Positions 34,271 through 46,622 are shown, counted from the first letter of the stretch. The stretch: 64,000 nt of DNA from Bigelowiella natans CCMP2755 (GCA_000320545.1 ADNK01001243.1:25150-89149); one strand, 5' to 3'. Translations and numbers: made by a program. The notes: generated from the letters alone by a model not told the origin.

Positions 34271-34289
34271 AAAAATCTATAGTATTATA

Positions 34290-34448
34290 ATGGTATTGAA
34301 AAAATTAACCAAAAGACAGAAAGATTTGTTGACCGCTCACAGTAAGCATCATAGTAAAAAACATATGGCTTCTATGAGAATGAACCTAATGTTAGGTAAA
34401 ACTTTCAAAGAAGCCCACGAGATAGCAACTAAAAAGTATGGTAAGTAA
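34290..34448 (+). CDS. Small basic His-rich viral protein (52 aa, not in ORF track)
   Basis: MVLKKLTKRQKDLLTAHSKHHSKKHMASMRMNLMLGKTFKEAHEIATKKYGK*; TCTA 10 nt upstream. Confidence 0.7.
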   Translation: MVLKKLTKRQKDLLTAHSKHHSKKHMASMRMNLMLGKTFKEAHEIATKKYGK

Positions 34449-34483
34449 ATAATTTTTATTATTATTATCAATGACAATAAATC

Positions 34484-35296
34484 TTATTTATCTTCAAGTT
34501 TGATGTTTTTTTTGTCTTTTGAAATCTTGTAATATTTGCGGAACAATTTATCAAAATCATCTGATTTGAGACCAAGATATTTTATGTATTCATCTTGTAA
34601 TTTAATATTCTCTTTGTCATTTGAGTTTTTATAATATTTAAGAAACAATCTATCAAAATTCTTTGATTTAACATCATTAGGCAACACACATCTAATGGTG
34701 CCTTCAAGACTTCCATCACTATATTTCACTTTGAAGGTAGTAGGTTCTTGATGGTTATTTTTCTTTGCTTTGTTTGCATGGTCTAATATTTCAACGATGT
34801 ATTTCTGCTTTTTGTTTCGTAGATTGTATGTAGGTTTTGACTCAATGTCTGTAAGTTTTTTAAATTGTTTACAATTTAATATTCTCATCAATTTACTCAA
34901 CCTTATTAATATTCTTTCATCGCCTCTGTCTACTAACAAGTTGTTTTTTCTAGCATACTGTTTTAATTTTAGTTCATATTTATGAACCATAGAGTTTATA
35001 GCTGCTACTTTTTTGCTCTTTTCAGTGATGAATAAGTAATGTAATTTGCAACCCATCCAAGGTCTTTTGGAGTCAGTGTACCCATAATATGATATGTAAT
35101 CTTTTAATCTTGATGCTGGTTGAGTTCCCTTGCCTTGACCGAACTTGATGACAAGTTCTTCAGTGAATTTCCTTTTGTATGTGTCCATGTTTGATGATAT
35201 CACATACAAAAATCTTTTGTTCTTCAAAGATCTAAATTGTTCTTCCGTCAGCCATTTGTCCAATGGTTTTCCCATTTTTGATTTGAATATTCTCAT
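34484..35296 (-). CDS. TIR-associated protein: T5orf172/GIY-YIG-like N-terminus, possible chromo-like segment
   Basis: FLYVI...VIKFG.....SRLKDY...E.KLK pattern, then KYIVEILDH...FKVKYSDG. Confidence 0.55.
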   Translation of the reverse strand: MRIFKSKMGKPLDKWLTEEQFRSLKNKRFLYVISSNMDTYKRKFTEELVIKFGQGKGTQPASRLKDYISYYGYTDSKRPWMGCKLHYLFITEKSKKVAAINSMVHKYELKLKQYARKNNLLVDRGDERILIRLSKLMRILNCKQFKKLTDIESKPTYNLRNKKQKYIVEILDHANKAKKNNHQEPTTFKVKYSDGSLEGTIRCVLPNDVKSKNFDRLFLKYYKNSNDKENIKLQDEYIKYLGLKSDDFDKLFRKYYKISKDKKNIKLEDK

Positions 35297-35687
35297 TTAT
35301 TATTTTAGGTGAGAATAAATTTACAGTGTTTTTAACGATGCTCTGCTGTGGATTTTGCCATGTCATTTTTAACAAAGATTGTTTTCACAAAACACATGGG
35401 TGGAACATTTTCATCATGTCATTCTAGCAATTCAGTTCAGCAGCAGGTCGTCAGTAGGCAAAGCTTTCATGTTGCGCATTTTCGCACATTTTGCTACTGA
35501 TTGCTGATGGGAAATCAATTGTGGAGTACTTGACATGTCATGCTCGTGCAATTTTGCCATGTCATTCTAGCAATTCAGTTCAGCAGTAGGTCGTCAGTAG
35601 GTGAATTTTTGAAATGAAAATTTTGTGTCATTCCCCTACTGACGGCAGATGGGAAATCAAATGTGGGGTGTGGTCCATTCTCTGCTG
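34792..35687 (-). repeat. Right inverted repeat (TIR-like)
   Basis: Reverse complement of 13903-14810; contains two ~143-bp sub-repeats and the 5' part of ORF 34484-35296. Confidence 0.95.
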
Positions 35688-36750
35688 CATCAAGAGTCAA
35701 GAGGCAAAACTAGAAACGGAACGGGAAGACGGTTCAAACGTTCACCAACTAGCAAACCACGTGAGAAGCTGAAGGTGCAAATGTGTTCATGAAAACAGGC
35801 AACTTCATTGCCGATTGATTTCAAACATGCAAAGAAACAGAACCGTTGACAAAAAATCCATGGCGGGTGGTAGTTCTGGGCCATGAGTTCGACACATGCA
35901 ACACGCGGCATGTGACACAAGAAACAAACAAATGCAACCTGAGCGCTGCAGCCGCTGCTCTGCACAGCCACATTGGGATGACCATTCCAGCATTCTGTGG
36001 CATTGAGAAAATTCAAACATTTCATTGCATCCGTCTCATGATGACGCCAGCAGCACTGTCGCACGGCACACTGCTTAGCATTTGTCCAGCTTCGCGAAAA
36101 AATGCAATCGCTACTCACCTTGTGCTCAATGAGGGAATGAGGGCACATGCACGCCATGAATCTCACTCATGCAATCTAGCAATGCCACAGCATCTCGTCG
36201 CGCCTTTTTTGTTTCGGCGCCAACCATGTGCATGCATGAATTAGATCTAGAGATGAACGATGCATGCGCTCATTGCGGCGGTCGCCAGTGTCGTCGATCT
36301 GCATGCACAAACAGCATGCATGCGCGCGCATGGCAGGTGTCTAGCTGTCACACAGTGCACTGCGGAGACCTTGATGATCGAAGCAGTTAAAATTTGGCCA
36401 ATGATGGAATTTCCACTGCATCTCGATCTGCTGGCGATCGATCACCGCGCATGCGCATGGCCACCATTATTCTTCTAGTGTTCCATGGTTGCAAGTTTGG
36501 CCACTACTCGTTCGCTCACTCGATGGCCACGGCACGCGTGACACCACTTGCATCATTAATGGCAAGACCATCCTATCAATCCAATCCGTTTCCACGCCGC
36601 AGTGCGAGAGATTTTTCTCTGCAAAACTACATCTTGCATTCTTAACTGCATGTGCAGTAAACGCACTATTGCTCATAGCTAATGGCATAGTGCATAGTAG
36701 TGCAATCATGATAGCTATAATCAATCGTAAAACCTGCCAAATGCGTGGCT
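35688..36750. repeat. TpA-depleted repeat block containing a reverse copy of the GAGACGGATG end family
   Basis: 35940-36040 is the reverse complement of 1938-2020 with TA->CA/TG changes. Confidence 0.75.
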
Positions 36751-36913
36751 AAAATTCTTTAATATAAAGTAACGCCGCCTTGACCAATTTCGAAACAGGA
36801 ATAAACGATAAGATGGAGAAATCGCAAGGAAAGAGTGGCTGAGAAGAAAAAAAAAGTGTTACAGAATTTCCAAAAAGAGGTAGATTATATAATACCTAAT
36901 TGTAGTCGTGATG

Positions 36914-37316
36914 CTAGGGTGGAGACATTGCGCTGAGCTCCTTAGCAAGCCCAATATTGGCCTGGTATAAGTAGTAGTTTTTTAAGCATACGCAAATGAA
37001 ATATCACCGCACTGCATACACGCACACACACACACACATACACACACACACACACACCATATTTATTGACAACGCTATTACTACCTGTACTACTATTCGT
37101 ACTACTACCACCACCACCACCAAGTAAGTAGTACCTTTTTGATGTGATCGAGCTCATTTTTAGCCCATGAATCAAGTTGACGATTTAGTGCTGCCATCTT
37201 AATACGTATTCGGTGTAAAACCGACTTGCACATTAGCCGCATAATCAGACGCTCCTGTCGAAGCTCTTCCGCAGCCAACTCCATCGCCTACAAACGATGA
37301 ATTACAGCAATACGAG

Positions 37317-37354
<38 letters not shown>

Positions 37355-37866
37355 GAACGCAAGCACACAAATTCGTAATATTAATGTATATCCTTCAATC
37401 CAATATACAACAACATTCACTCCAAAAGGTATGGGATACTACTACTGCAACGTTTAAGGGAAAGAAGATCATATGATGATAAGCACTTGTAAATAACCAA
37501 CACCGACATCCCATGCTATTATTGGCTCCTCGAGCACGCACATGTAGTAACAGCAGTAGTAGTGGTAGTAGTAGTAGTAGCGTTATGACGACGACACGAA
37601 AGGAGGCAGCAATTTGGCAGTAGTGGTCACATCTAACGAAGTTATTAATTCACCACAACCACCTTTTCAGTGCCTTTCTTAAGCGCTTTCTCCAGTATCA
37701 TCTTTCCATAATCACTTTCGCGTGCCATTAAGCGTTTGAAGGAATTATAATCGTTGTTATCATTGTTGTCCCGTTGGCCGCCTTCTCCACTACTACGAGT
37801 GGTTGAACTAGACTTACTCTGAACCTCCTCCTTTCCCCTCTCTGCTTTTTCTTTTTTCATCACAGG

Positions 37867-37897
<31 letters not shown>

Positions 37898-38682
37898 GTA
37901 GAAGGAATCTTCTTCTCTTCCATTCCCTCTTTGGACTGCTGTTCACTATGCTGTTTCTCCTCCTCCTCCTCCCCCTCCTGCTGCTGCTTTGTGACAACAG
38001 TTGTCGTCCTACTACGACTATCTGCTGGTGCATCATCTTTCATAGCACCCACCTTTGATGAAGCAGCACTACTATTAAGAACGCTGCTACTGCTAGTGGT
38101 TAAACGCAACTCTCCCCTCTCTTCCTCCTCCTCCTTCTCTCTCTTTACACCACTGCCGTCGCATGAAAACAGGCAATTCTGTTCAATCAGCCCGTACTGC
38201 ATCAGTGCTTCCTTGGCCATGGCAGCCGATACGTGCGGACTAACCTTTGATGAAATTACTGCCAGTTGAGCCATCAAGGGGTTGGGCACTCGCTGATGAT
38301 GATGATGAGGAGGAGGAGATGGAGGGAGAAGAAGAAGTAATAATAATAAGATGATGATGATGATGCTGACAGAGGATGCGCCTTCTGCTGTGTGAATCAG
38401 AAATAGGTTGGCGATGTGACGACGACGACACCAATGACTTGACTGCTAATTCGACAGAAGAAGAAGGAGAATTTTATCAAGACAGCAGCTTTCTAGCTGT
38501 ATTATTATGTAATGCCCTCCTCCTCCTCCTCCTCCTCCTCCTCCTTCCTCGCACACAGAAGCATTAACAAACAACCGCTGATAGGAGAACACTGCTACTA
38601 CTACTACTACTACTTCTACACGAATGTGAAAAGAAGAAGCCCATTTCCCACAAGCAAGGTAAACACACACACACGCACACAC

Positions 38683-38719
<37 letters not shown>

Positions 38720-39598
38720 ATAGGAATGTTGCTTGCTCGTGTTGCTGTATTGTAATCTTTGTGATAGATGAATATGTAATTATTACCTCGAGGAAAGGAA
38801 GTTTCTGCACATTAGTACCTCCATCGTCACCGCCTGCCGTGTCATTACTATCATTTTCATCGACTATTGCCCCAGTGCCTCTTCCTCCTTTAACAGCAGC
38901 AGATTGTTTCTTCTTCCTGTTCTTCATCTTTTTGTTGTTGCTGTTCTTCGTTTTCTTCTGGTTCTTCTTCGGCGACTTCATCAGTAACAGTAGGCGATCC
39001 TTATCCGCAAAGGAGAATGCATCCATCAGAGGAAGCCTCAGGAAATGAAGCATTGCGTGCTCACGGCTAGGCATCTGTGCATGATCGCTAATGCTTTCGA
39101 AATCTCCTCCGTAGGACTTGACGGCCTCGAGGAGGGCAAGCTCGGCCTCACCACCTAGAGGTCTCGCAGGGGAATCATGATGATGCGACAATTGACCCTC
39201 TTGAGTCTCACGCAGGAAATCTTCCGCACATAAGAAGGCTGGGAACTCACCGTTGTGGAACGCTTCAGGGGATAGCACATAACTGGGGTCTTGTCTTGCG
39301 ATGTACCGATCCTTCTTACAAAATTTTCCCGTAACGACACAACGAGGGCGTTCTTCGATTAGCCGACGAGCATCACTTGAAGATGACTTTTTCTTGCTTT
39401 CATGTAGCACACGCTTGCTACTGACTCCTCCTCCTCCTTGTGTTTTCATCATAATATTGGGACCTAAGCATACTTCGCATACTTCGTCGTCTACCACCGC
39501 TGATGATGAGCCATAACCCCCTTCTCCCAGTCGGCTCTTAGATGGATCATGGAGTAGCCTACGACGACGACGACGACGAAGAACAACCGCATCATCAT

Positions 39599-39631
<33 letters not shown>

Positions 39632-41285
39632 TATCATACCCTTGTTCAGCGTGTACGTACACAGAAGATATGAAGGTAGAGCACAACCAATCAAACATTG
39701 TATCATCATTTACAAAATGATGATAATGATGGGAAAGAAATTTGTGTCGTACTGTATAGGTCGCCTTCTCCGTTGATACCCGCCATGCTCTCCTGCCCCC
39801 TTTCCGTGCAGCAATACTGCTCTCTTCTTTCTTCTCTTGTCATTATTATTATTTTCATTATTCGATAAGAAGTGCACGGCAGCAGAGTGTCCAAAGGGCG
39901 GCAACACTGGAAACATCGCTTCCCTCTCTCCAACGTTGTTGATGCCATTAAAAGAAGAAACGCCTCGATTTATGATGCCCCATTGTGACAAGAACGCGTG
40001 TATTCGTGCGGTAACATGATGGTCTCCATCCACTAGCTTGAGGGCATGTTCCTGGTAGTGGTGATTGATGATGTTTGTGGTCATATACAATAATAATAAT
40101 AATAATAATAATGGGTCAAGATGACGATTCAATCATTTCACTGAAAGATAATAATGGGTCAAGATTAGATAATTAAAAAATAATTCGTGGGATTACGCAC
40201 GCATACAAACGCGGCTTCTTTCTGATTTTGTCACAAGCAAGTTGAAAATGAAGATTATATTTGTTCTACATCTCCTCTTGCACTTACGTTATTAGAACCA
40301 AGCAGATCACAACTACTACTCACTTACTTACTACTACATACAGGTAGTGCTTCTCACGGAAAACACGAAATAATAAAGAGCATTTAATAATGAATACCAT
40401 TGTGAGATGACGACAGCCTGCTGCCCTATAGGTTTCGACGAGAAAATTGCGGATCTTGATGTACATATCTAGCTTCTTCTTTGACTTTCTTGCAAAATAT
40501 TCTGGCATCGCCTTTCTCTCGTGTCTATGCACGTCCTCCATATTGAACCACCGAGCGTGAGGTGGGAGGAGGAGGGGCGTGTGTGTGGGTGATCGTAACA
40601 TAGCCGTAGCGGCCTGATATCGTGCATCGTTTCATTTTGAGAAGATGATTGAGGACCATGAGAGTGGAAGGCTACTACTATGCTATATAATGATGATGTG
40701 TCCAATTCAATATCCCGTCTTCTCTCACTAGAGGAGGAGGAGGAGGAGGAGGAGGAGGAGGAGGGGACCACGAAACAAAGTACGACGTTGTTAATACATA
40801 GAGCATGCTCAAATTGTAGTAACCACATACTACATCGCAGCAGCAGCAGTAGTAGTAGTACCTCTGGCCCCTCTATTGCAGCAATGAGAGGTCTGGAATA
40901 TGGGAAAGCGGGCTTCTCTCCTAGCAGCTTCGATCGTTGCGCAACTGTCATGCTACTACTGCTAGTAATGTTGGTGAGTGTACCAGAGAGCGGTTGTTGT
41001 GAGGAGGGTACTGCTGCTGCTGCTGCCTCCGCATTAGCTGTCAATCCTAATGTCAGGCCTTTTTGCGTACATGGCATCCAGCCCTCTGACCCCTTAATTA
41101 CCCGTGACGAAAGAAGCACTCCCTTCCCCTCCTCGCCATACACCTCCTCCTCGTCATCGTAGCTACTACTACTACGGGGGTGTTCATATTTCGCTACGGA
41201 AGTCTTCATCCTCCAGTTTTTGCTGACTTTGACCGGTTTATTTGCCATCCTGTTCCGTTAATATTTTAAAAAACAATAAGAGTTG

Positions 41286-41320
<35 letters not shown>

Positions 41321-43053
41321 GTTGTGAACACATCATCTGGTAACAACGCAGCAGCAAATGACTAGAAAACTACTTCGTGATTATGATGATGATGATGAGA
41401 TAACAAATGATGGTAATTGTTTTTCTTGCTGTGCGACAAGATTCATGACAAAAAATGTCCCCCCTCGAAAACAACTTGTTGAAATGTTTTCCTTTGTCTT
41501 TCCCTCCTTCCCTCATGTCTTGTAGGTTTGTGTGAGCAGCATCGATGCTGGGTGTTTTCTCGCTTCTTCTTCTCTTATTTCTCTTTGTATTGTTGTTGTT
41601 GTTGTTGTTCTTCTTCTTCTTCTTCTTCCTCTCATACTTCTCTTGCTAGCTTACTCACAAGTTGTTGCTGGCAGCATTGTCGAGTTTCCGTTTACGATTA
41701 AATATAGGCATATCGTCGTCATCCTCAGTTCCGTCTGAGCTGTCTTCTTGGGCTTCTCCACCTCCCTCCTCCAATTCCATATTTACACTTGTTGATGAAA
41801 GCGTGCCGATCTGTAATTTCTTACTGCTATGCACTGTTTCATCAGCCCTCGCCTTCGTTTCTCTCATTGCTGTTGACTTTTTGGATGAAGAGGACTTCCG
41901 TTTCTTCTTGTTTTTCTTCGCTTTATTGGTACTTTTGTCATCTTCCTCTTCCTCCACATCATCCTCCGAGTAGTCAAGCTCGTTCATCCATTCATTATAC
42001 CTTTATTACATCATTTAAAAGAGAGGAAAAAATAGCGGGACCAGCCGAAACAATTAGCAGCAACAGAAGCAATTACTCACTCGAATACATAGTTGATCTC
42101 ATATAGCGCATATACTTGCAACTCAATAAAGAGCAACGCCAACAATAACGATCTGTTATTACTTTTTGAGGTCCGTAATGAAGCGTTCAGTGACTCTCCA
42201 TGCGCCTTGTGGTTCCATGGGCGGTTCCGGTTGTCCCTCGATTTCGCTTTGCGACAACCACTGATCATAGCTGTCCGGGAAGTACCACCAGTGCACACGT
42301 GCGCGGTTGCCCTTAATTTCGATCGTGCGCAAATAGTCCTGATCGGGATTCACATAACGTTTGTTTGGATCGTTTAGAATCACGATATGCGTCGCGTCAT
42401 CTCGGCGTTGCGATATCACACCACCATGAGCCGTGATAATCTTCTCTAACCCTAAAGTTGGCCAACTTGGGTGTCCCTTCTCGAAGAAAATTGAAGGAAC
42501 CTCGAGAACCTGTCGGTCTACGAGCATCTTGTAGATTGCAAGGCATATATCTATATTCTTGCGTTCTATGTCACTGAAGCCTTTCCCACTCCCTTTAGTC
42601 TTGGCAGCTATGTGATCCCAGTAGAACTTGTCCCAGCCATACTCAATCTTTTTCTCGTAGCAAGTGAGGCAAATTAGACACACGCCTCCGCCAATCGAAA
42701 AGTCTTGAAACACGTGAGGAGGAAGCTTTGTGCACTGCATATGGAAAGATTATAATATTAGAGGGCATAACCCCACAAATGACGCGCACAAAAATGTAGA
42801 TGCCAACTGTAATTCCAATTTACTCTCACAACTTAAAACTATTGTATTTTCGTTCTCCTGACCTCCCTGCTGTTCCCGTTTAAGCCAAATGTTTTCTCAT
42901 GGAACATTTGAAGCTCGCCAATGAGTATGGATAGCGACATTCGATCAAGTTTTTCCCTCCGCAGATCCACCTAATTGGTGTAAGCATAGGCACGCATACA
43001 CCCATATTCAACGTAAACAATAGTTAATAAACAAATGTATATTATATATACAT

Positions 43054-43113
<60 letters not shown>

Positions 43114-43362
43114 CGGTGATATATTTCTTTCTGCCACACCATTCTTTGGACGTCCTGGAGGAAGTGCAGCACCGGTTTGAACTTCACCGCCTAGTTGTAA
43201 AGTTTCGGACATTGATCATATCTGCAAGATAGGAAATGGAGTAAACCTTAACATAGCTAGTTATAACTTAATGACCATCTCATCTCTATAATAGCGTGGA
43301 AGTTCGGCAATGATGCTGGGCTTCTTCTGGCGGCGCCGGGGCGCCTCAAGGGAGGTTGCCAT
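36914..43362 (-). CDS. SMARCC: SWI/SNF subunit SWI3/SMARCC (BAF155/170), multi-exon; 3' end approximate
   Basis: N-terminal BRCT/chromo module (DATHIV...VHWWYFPDSYDQWL), SWIRM (PPHARWFNMEDVH...ERKAMPEYF...YIKIRN; RIHAFLSQWGIIN), SANT (LALLEAVKSYGGDF...HFLRLP), NPLMAQLA..VSP.V.A and a C-terminal coiled coil. Confidence 0.9.
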
Positions 43363-43779
43363 TCTTGTTTGGCCGGTTGGCGCTCTCTGATACTTGACAA
43401 GCAATGTGTGAGAAATTAAGCAGGTTTTCTCCTTGCGACATCAAGTTCTACCTTATTCACAAGCGAAACAGTAAGACTGTAATAGCGCTAGTACATGTAA
43501 TAACTGTGGGTTTGGACTACTTCCAACAGCTAAATCTATGTGTGATGGATGATGAGTGGTAATATGATCAACAGAGATTAGATGTTTCTGGATTAAATAT
43601 TTAACCAAAACTAAAACTATATCGACAACAACAATATTGTTTGCCGATTAGTTCTCCTCCTCCTCCTCCTCCTCCTCCTCCTCCTCCTCTTCCTCCTCCT
43701 TCCTAGACCTACTACTGGAGTATAACAACACATAGCAAGACCCAAAATTGATTGATTGATTGATTGTATCCTCATCCCA

Positions 43780-45900
43780 TGGACTAAAGAAGACGAAAGG
43801 ACAGGCTGGAGGAGGAGAACGACGACGAACAAGGATACATACGGTGTATCGTTCCGAACCCAAACCCACTACAACGACCCAATAGCACAGATTTCTCTCC
43901 AACCTTAAGTGTGGTGGCAGTAATAAGCTGGGAAGGTCATGGACGATAATGGGGATGACTATGGCGTTTACTTGGACGGTAGTGTGAATCTTCCGATTAT
44001 CTATCACCGATTAACGCGTGTGCGTGTTCAGAATGGGTGGTGCAAAACTCAATTCACCAACTTTTCTTCGGGGGAGGGTATGTTCACAGGACTCACTGCG
44101 TCTTCATCACCGATCATCTCAGCATGCTCCTTTGTTGCAGGTGCTCATGTTGTGGGATGACTGGAATGCAAGGAGATCTCTCCAAGTACATCACCATGTG
44201 TACCGATGCGAGCGATCCTGAACTATGTGCTCAGGTTAACGACGAGGTAAGTAAACTGTGAAGACAATGATGAATATGATGGTGAGACATATGTACTAAG
44301 CTTCCATATTGAGGTAAATAAACTGTAAAGACGATGATGAATACGATAGTGATTCATGTGTACTAATCTTCAATATTCAGGGAGACGAATCCCCGTGGCC
44401 CTATTTCGTTAAGGTGCTTGTGTTAGAATGCCTTCGCAACTATAGTCTCTAATGTTAATTGCAGTCCTTCTAAATCCCACCTAATTTGTTCACATTTATA
44501 ACAATGTCGTTCCGTCAGGAGGATGTCTGGAAAGATCGAGTCAAATTTCGAGCGCTTCTGAAGAAACGTCGCAAAGAGATATCGGAGAGAACGGTAGGCT
44601 ATGCCATTTTTAAATTAGAACGGAATACGCGTGAACCGTGTGCGTTATATGAAACAGAATGAGGAAAATCTCAAAAAGCTTTCTAAAACGTGGGGGAAAC
44701 TCGGCCTAAATGAAAGGTGTTCTTTGTGGCTACTTTTTAATTAGAAAACAATTTTAAGAGTCGACGATAATTACGAACATGTGCTTTGGAAAGTCTTGTT
44801 CATAGCACATTTATAAGTTGATTATGACGCCTTCTTTCTTCCTAAATGTATTGAAAGAAGATTTCAAATTTCGCAATTTGCAGGAGAAGACTCTGCCGAA
44901 TAAATATCCCAGCTCTTCATAAATTGGCAAAAAAAGAGTGAGAAACAGCATCGATCGATGTCGATAAAAGAAGATTTATGGCTTCCAACCTTTAGGTTCG
45001 ATGTTCCATACCAGACAGTTCTCACGTCGGTCTTGACACAGGTGTGATACGCTTAATATTTTAAGTAAGGACATGCTAATTCTCCCTATCATCCCAAATT
45101 ATTTTTTTCATACTTTGGACACTGGTACATCTAGAGAGCGGGATTGATAGATATTTCATTCAATTTGTAAACATGTACATTATGTCTGCTGTTTTCTCAT
45201 CCTTCCTCTCTCCTCCGGCACCCCCTTCAACTTCTTTTACCAAGGTTCAATACTTCAAAATGACAAGATATTCTCCAGACGGTATTGCAAAAGATGAGCT
45301 CCTCTTTGAAACTTCCCTCGAATACAGCGAAGGAGAAAATGAAGGAGAAAGTGGTGGAGATGAGAATGAGGAAGGAGATGAAGAAAAACCAGAAAAGAAA
45401 GGGGGAGAAGCAGAAGGAGGAAGCTTCTGTCTGAGGACACTTGCACTTAAAGACGAGAATATTTGGCAACAACTCATACCAGGTCTTGTCGGCTATTTTG
45501 TGGAGCCGGGTGACAAGCGTGTTAAAATTTTATGTATAAAAAATGAAAAATGATTTTTCTTGTGGTTCATCAGAGGCTCGATCAAGCCTCCTACCTCGAA
45601 AAGAGAATAAGAGGAAAGAAGGAGAGGGTGATAGAAATGAAAAGGAGGAGGATGAAAAAGATGGGAGCAAGATAGGAGCTAGAAAGGATGGAGCGTTTAC
45701 TTTTCGTTCAGATCGACGACTCATTCGTCACATGATACGCGTGCTCATGCTTGGTAAATAGAAAAATGCCAGGGGAAGGGGAAACACTGAGATCTATATA
45801 TTTTCCTTCACGTACATTTTGTAAAATGTCAAATCCTGATCATTAGTCATCCAATCCTAAATTTGTTGTTGTTATGACTTTGTCCCATCATAAAATGACG
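43780..45900 (+). CDS. Hypothetical multi-exon protein (boundaries uncertain)
   Basis: GT-AG-bounded exons such as EDVWKDRVKFRALLKKRRKEISEE and the acidic exon 45245-45510; no recognisable domain. Confidence 0.35.
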
Positions 45901-46059
45901 AGTCCTTTCCATCGTACAGAAAACGTCGTGGAGTCTTTACTGTGGGTTAATGACAGTATGACTTGTTCTTTCATCGACTGAGCGTAATCGAAGTCATTCT
46001 CTGGCCTGAATGTACAGATGCATTTTAGGGTCACTACATTTATAATGTATTATTTGCTA

Positions 46060-46569
46060 GCGATAATATACACATGTACGATGCAAGACGTACATTTTGC
46101 TTGACGTCGTGATGTCGCAGCATTTTGTCGGCAAGGCCATGCATGAGTAGCATCGTTGCAGCATGTAGCATGAGGCGCACGCGAACGAAATAGCTGGTAT
46201 GTCGCACCTTACATGTGCGAACGTCAGTCCTTCATGTGTTGCCCTACCATCAAGCATCATGAAAGCTACATGCAAAACACCAGAATGATCTAGATTATTA
46301 CAGACTACTTGCATTTAATTGATGCAATTACATCCGTCTTATTACAGACTATACTTGCTACACTAGAATACAGTACTGCATGTGACGCATCGGCTGCTAT
46401 GTAAGAGTCACGTCTGCTAGCTGCATGGCGTCTATGACTAGATATTACAAGATACGATGTACGTCTAGCAGGTATCGTATCGACGGCGGCTATTTTGGCA
46501 TGTATATGCAATTACATTATAACATTCATTATACTGGCTAGACCAGCTTGCGACTGCGATACGATGTAC

Positions 46570-46622
<53 letters not shown>

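Larger units (their letters stand above)
22189..34279. promoter_or_regulatory. Recurrent TCTA motif in AT-rich context 10-17 nt upstream of viral start codons
   Basis: TCTA at 22189(-), 23217(-), 24520, 25274, 25496, 27446, 29182, 29926, 32087, 32745, 34276; variants TCCA 22291 and TCTG 26483. Confidence 0.75.
13903..35687. mobile_element. Endogenous Polinton-like virus bounded by inverted repeats; viral core ~18200-35687, left part interrupted or replaced by non-viral DNA
   Basis: Inverted repeats CAGCAGAG...(13903) and ...CTCTGCTG (35687). AT-rich, intronless, tightly packed ORFs: packaging ATPase, MCP, mCP, PolB-SF1 helicase fusion, GIY-YIG. Confidence 0.92.

Noticed and set aside
18200-35687. 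Canonical Maverick/Polinton, lavidavirus virophage or giant-virus fragment
   Set aside because: No RVE integrase, adenain-like protease or full pPolB with exonuclease is visible, and there are no NCLDV core genes; capsid motifs and size fit a PLV.
13890-35700. Target-site duplication around the element
   Set aside because: The flanks CTTGAC and CATCAA (or registers shifted by one base) are not direct repeats.
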